Below the pieces are notes generated by a model. It ran no database searches. It was given only the letters and a program-made list of their open reading frames with translations, and was not told the DNA's origin. Positions 57,482 to 64,000 of a DNA stretch of 64,000 bases are shown piece after piece. Origin of the DNA: the human T2T-CHM13v2.0 reference genome, Homo sapiens; the NCBI RefSeq assembly GCF_009914755.1, contig NC_060945.1. One strand, given 5' to 3'. Every line of letters begins with the position of its first letter. The first letter of the stretch is position 1. The translations under genes were made by a program, and so were the position numbers.

Positions 57482-60149
57482 CTGCCGAAGAGGGGGAAAG
57501 ACCGGTTAGGCCAGACATGGACACGCACGCGGCACCAATGGCTCACACAGGAGGGACAGGGTTTGCATGCATCTGGGGGTGTGTGGCCATGGAAGGGCCA
57601 ACTTTGGTTCCACTGGCCTTCAGGAATGTGGAGCCATGAGGGATATCACCCTCCTTTCTAACCTGGGTCGTGAGAATGAAAGAGATGAAGAAAGCACCTT
57701 TTAACATCAAAAAAAGAGCATGCGAGGGGGCGTGTGTACCTGCCTGAGCCGTTACTCCATTTATTAAAGACTAACCTAGATTCTATTTCATCAGAATATC
57801 CTGCCAAGTTCTTTCTCCCCCCACCCCCAATGTATGTACCTTCTTCAAGTGACAACTAGCAATTCCTGACATTTGTTCCTACTTAGGGTGCACTTCTGTT
57901 CGAACACTAGAACACAATCATAACAGAAGTTTCTGATTATTCAGAAAACCAATATGGTGGCAATAAAGCCGTTTAAAAGACACACTATCCCCTGAGAACT
58001 AATTATGATTTAACTATGGTAAATAAATCCACACCTTCTGAGGACGCAGGAGAACTCTGCATCGTTTTCGGCTTCAGTCCTGCTTTTAAAATGGTTTCAT
58101 TGAAAAGAATACAAACTTTCCTTTGGGGGATAGGTAGAAAAGGGCATTACATCCCCACCAAATGAGTCGATATTAACTTTTTTTCAAAAAAAGGAAAGAA
58201 AAAAAAATCACACAAAAACTCCCACTCTGAGAATTTCCTGCAAGCTGCGCTCTCCCTATTTTAACCCCGTGGTAGGACAGTTCCTCTCTACGTGCCCAGG
58301 AATTGCCGATCAGGTGCTGCGCAGTCGCGGTTCGAGGTAGGATTCATCAACAGAGCAAAGATCAGGTTTGGCCACTTTGTCAGTGCAGATGAGGGGGCCT
58401 CTTTGATTTTTTTCTTTTCTTTTCTTTCTTGGAAGGAGGGGAGCAGCCAGGACAGGGATGCGGAAGGGATGGCATTTTGTAATAACATAAAGTTTCTAAT
58501 AATAAGTCTCCAGGCTTCCACAGTGGTCCTGCTGAGGACAAAGGAGCGCTAGAGAAAGACCACGCTGAGAAGCTTATCATCCTCCCCTCCCAGCTACAGA
58601 AACTGGGTGGAACTTTACAAATGGCTGGAACTCGGTAAGAGAAGAAAAATACTTAAAAGCAGAGAGAAACAACACTGTGTCCACTGTGCACCCATGGCTC
58701 ACAGAGCTCCGTCTGACGGCGCATGCAGGCCTCAGTTGGGACAGAAGGAGCCCAGAAGACCCTTCACGTGTTAAAAAGACCTCAGGACACACAGGGCAGG
58801 GGCTCAGCTGCTGAGATAGCTGTCTTCCCACACGGCTGCTGGAACAGGCACAGGACGCTTTCGGCGAGCAGGCTGGCCTCGCCGCCCATGTGCCAGGCCC
58901 ACTCCATCTCACATGAAATACAGCTCAGAAGTATTTCTCTTGGACGCCATGAATAACTCATTGAGATCGAGTGTGCTGTATGCCACTGGGTCCAAGAAGA
59001 AAGCGTCCTTTTCTTGTGTTGGACCAGCAGAAAATCTAAGAAGGAGTCTTTGTCTGTGCAGGGAGTTAACATTGTCTTTCAGGCACCTCTGTTTTCTAGA
59101 GGGTCCAGCAACCCTCCACCTGGCTTCCTAAGGCCCAGGGCTCTCGAGGTGATGGGGCAGGGGCCGAGGGGATGATTTAGCGTGTTGTGAGCAGATCGCA
59201 AAAGCAATCTAGGATGTTCTGTAAATAAACATGTAGACGGTAGACAGTCATGGGCTATAGCCAGGGACAGTGATGGGAGGGGCAGGAAAAAGGTTGGTTC
59301 AGAAACCAAACACAGACTTCTAGAACAAAGAGAAATGATTAAGGGAACATATGCACTAAACTGCTAGAGGTTTGGCAGCAGTTAACAGGGCATATTAATG
59401 AGAAGAGGGAGTCTGTGCTGAAGGCCAAGAGGAAATTCTGCAAGGAGGGAGACAACCAGGGAAGGAGCTAATGCTCAGTTTGAGACAACTGGAGGCCGCC
59501 AGATTTATTTGTGCTATCTGAGATAACTCTGGGGCCAAACCGCATGGCTCACAGTCAACAAAGCAGCATTTATAAACCTTGTCAATTCTGCATTTCTGAA
59601 AATGAAGCTGCTTGAGTTTGCTTTAGCAGAAAGGAGAAACCATAAATGCATTTCCATCCTTAGCGGATGATGTCCTTACAAAAAGAAAAAGGAAAAACAA
59701 AAAGGAGGGGGGTTCCATAATGATTACCTCCCTGCTTCTGTATATTTTCCTTCCTTGCTGGCAAAGGTTGTGGAATAAAAGCTTTCTGTGAGTGGCAGCC
59801 GAGTGCATTCACTGTGGAACCAAAGCGGCACTCAGGAAAAGCGCTCTGTTTTGTACTCTTGTGTTGAGTCTGAAACATTTGGAGCCTCCTAAGGGTCACT
59901 CTGCAAATGAGACAGCCTCCTGACCACTTTGGTTACTAAGGACAGCCCAGTAGCCACGGAGGCTCTGCCAATGGAACTGTCCTGATTGTCACATGGTCCT
60001 TTAAGATTAAGCTTTAATGATTGGGAATAACCTAAGACAGGCCAGCATGAATTAATGAAAAATCCGAATGAACAAAAACGTAAATTCAGACCAAGTCCAT
60101 CCACTTCGGGGATCTGAACCTAAGAAAATAGTCCACATTCACAACAGTG

Positions 60150-60335
60150 TTATAAAGGTAAAAATATGGAAACAACCTCACTGTTAATAAACAAATGGTT
60201 AAATAAATTCTGATAAATTAAGTCAATGGAATAATTTGTAATCAAATCATTATAGTTCTGAAGACTATATAGCAACGTGGAAGAAAGGCTTGCATTGGTA
60301 TGTCAAATTAAAAAGCAGCATACAAAACTATAGAT
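60150..60335 (+). mobile_element. Old L1ME-like 3' fragment (more pieces lie between the Alus up to about 63370)
   Basis: ggaaacaacct...atggttaaataaatt...aatggaata. Confidence 0.5.
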
Positions 60336-60336
60336 G

Positions 60337-60982
<646 letters not shown>

Positions 60983-61132
60983 GTAACCTTTTGATTTAAA
61001 ATTTATTTTGAATTTTTTTTGGAAAAAAGCATATTTTTACATTTAGATATAATATTGTAATTGACTATTCATAAATACAGAACTTCTAAGTATAAGACCA
61101 AAAGGTCCGTTTTAAAAAGAAATAAGACAATT

Positions 61133-61546
<414 letters not shown>

Positions 61547-61926
61547 CTAACAAGTGAGCAGAAATTCTTGAAACCAGTCTGTTCAGACCCAGTGATAGCC
61601 TTAAACATGGTTTACTTCCTGACCCGGGGACTGTATTTCTACAGAATTGAAGCCTGAGGAGGACTCAGACAGGGACACAAAATAATTCAGGGGCTCAACT
61701 GTTCACCACAGCATTACTGATGCAGTGTGAAAAATCAGAAATAATCCAAACAGCCCACTGTTGAAGAATTAAAAAACCCACAGCAGTCCCACATGAAAGC
61801 CCATCATGTGGTCATCAGTAATGTGGGCAGATGACCACCGGACACTTTTAGGTGATTTAATCAGGATGCAAAATCCTACAGACAGCGTGAGTCCAATCAT
61901 GTTTTGAAGTATGCTTTTAAAAATTA

Positions 61927-62225
<299 letters not shown>

Positions 62226-62564
62226 TTATTAGGAAATATACCAAAATATTAGCTGCAGTTACCTTGGGGAGTGAACATATTTGAAAAATATAGAAAAATA
62301 TTAAGTAGAACATAAGTCATCTAGGTAAGTCCCACTTCTCATTAAAAGTGTATATTCTTTTAGAATTTCTCTCTTTTTAGAAAACACAGATATATTTTAC
62401 AAAGTATTTTTCTGATAATTAAAAATTTTTTATTTTGGAGCTCTTACAATGATGTAGATATATAATTATAGACATTATATTGTTAAAAAGTGAAAAAGAA
62501 GGTTAAAAACAGTATCGTAGAATGATTCTCTTTATATACGATATGTATTTATAGAAAAATACAG

Positions 62565-63254
<690 letters not shown>

Positions 63255-64000
63255 TTATGTTGTTCTATATAATCTCTGGGTGGTAAGATTTCAAGTGATT
63301 TTTATTTCTCTCTTATACTTTACTGAATTTTCCAATATTTTTATAATTGTAGTGCATTCATTTTATAAATCCTATTAAAAAAAGATTTATTTAAGCCCAA
63401 CCTATCAGTGGATTAAGCTTGCAGCTGCCAGTTCACTAGTTGGTGGAGCAATCTCCTTTCCAGCACAGATTGGCAAAGAAAGGGCGGCCAAGTGCAGGCA
63501 GCTTTCCCAGGCTGCCATACCTGTCCCGTGGCTCATTCCCTGCCGCACAGGCCAAGGCCACGGAGGGCTGGCAGTCTGCCACTGGGAGCAGCTGGCCTCT
63601 GGAAGCTGGGCTGTACCTCAGACTGGCCTCCCTTTCTAAAAGATGTTGTAAAGTCTTTCTCTGGAAAACACACCCCAAACCCTCCTAAGTCTGAGGCATC
63701 GTGCCCTGCAGCAGTCTGGCATGGGGTGGGTGTGAGGCGACCTCGAAGTCTCCCTCGGGCCTGGAGGGCTTCCTCAGCTCATGGTCCTGGCCTGACACCA
63801 GTCTGTGCTTCTCTTTGCTATCTTCTTTACCCCCCAGTTTTCTCAGCTCTGACCCTGTTCTTAGCTTACAGAGAGACACACACTCTCATGAGTGAAAAAG
63901 AAAGCCAATGGGAGGTGGCGAGGAAGAGGGAGAAGGGGGCCCCAGGCAGTCACACATTGAAGGTTCATAAGTTATTTTTCATTTTAAAAAAGCTGACTGG

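Overview
This is primate (almost certainly human) genomic DNA from the SIM2-HLCS junction, known as chr21q22.13 in the Down syndrome region. The + strand carries SIM2 (bHLH-PAS transcription factor) coding exons 3-11, each with GT-AG boundaries and a continuous reading frame. It includes the short isoform made by reading through the exon 10 donor (stop at 35467), the long isoform (stop at 38286) and a 3' UTR. The - strand carries the last five coding exons of HLCS (holocarboxylase synthetase; GKGRGG, KWPND and KIGG motifs; stop at 44441) and a long 3' UTR converging on SIM2. The introns hold about 34 Alu copies, MIR/L1/L2 relics, MADE1, MER5A/MER20/MER33-type DNA transposons and microsatellites. 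Almost all ORFs in the supplied track are repeat- or GC-derived noise. I see no foreign insert and cannot support a new gene system. The best leads are: a templated-insertion plus snap-back palindrome scar inside an Alu; the tail-to-tail SIM2/HLCS 3' UTRs with poly(A) signals on both strands; the lack of a canonical poly(A) signal for SIM2-short; an unexplained 58-bp diverged direct repeat; a cluster of SIM/ARNT-type ACGTG sites in the SIM2 3' UTR; and a small GGGTTAG-loop hairpin cluster. Gene names, exon and variant numbering and repeat family names come from recognition and memory, not from database searches. Repeat boundaries are approximate.
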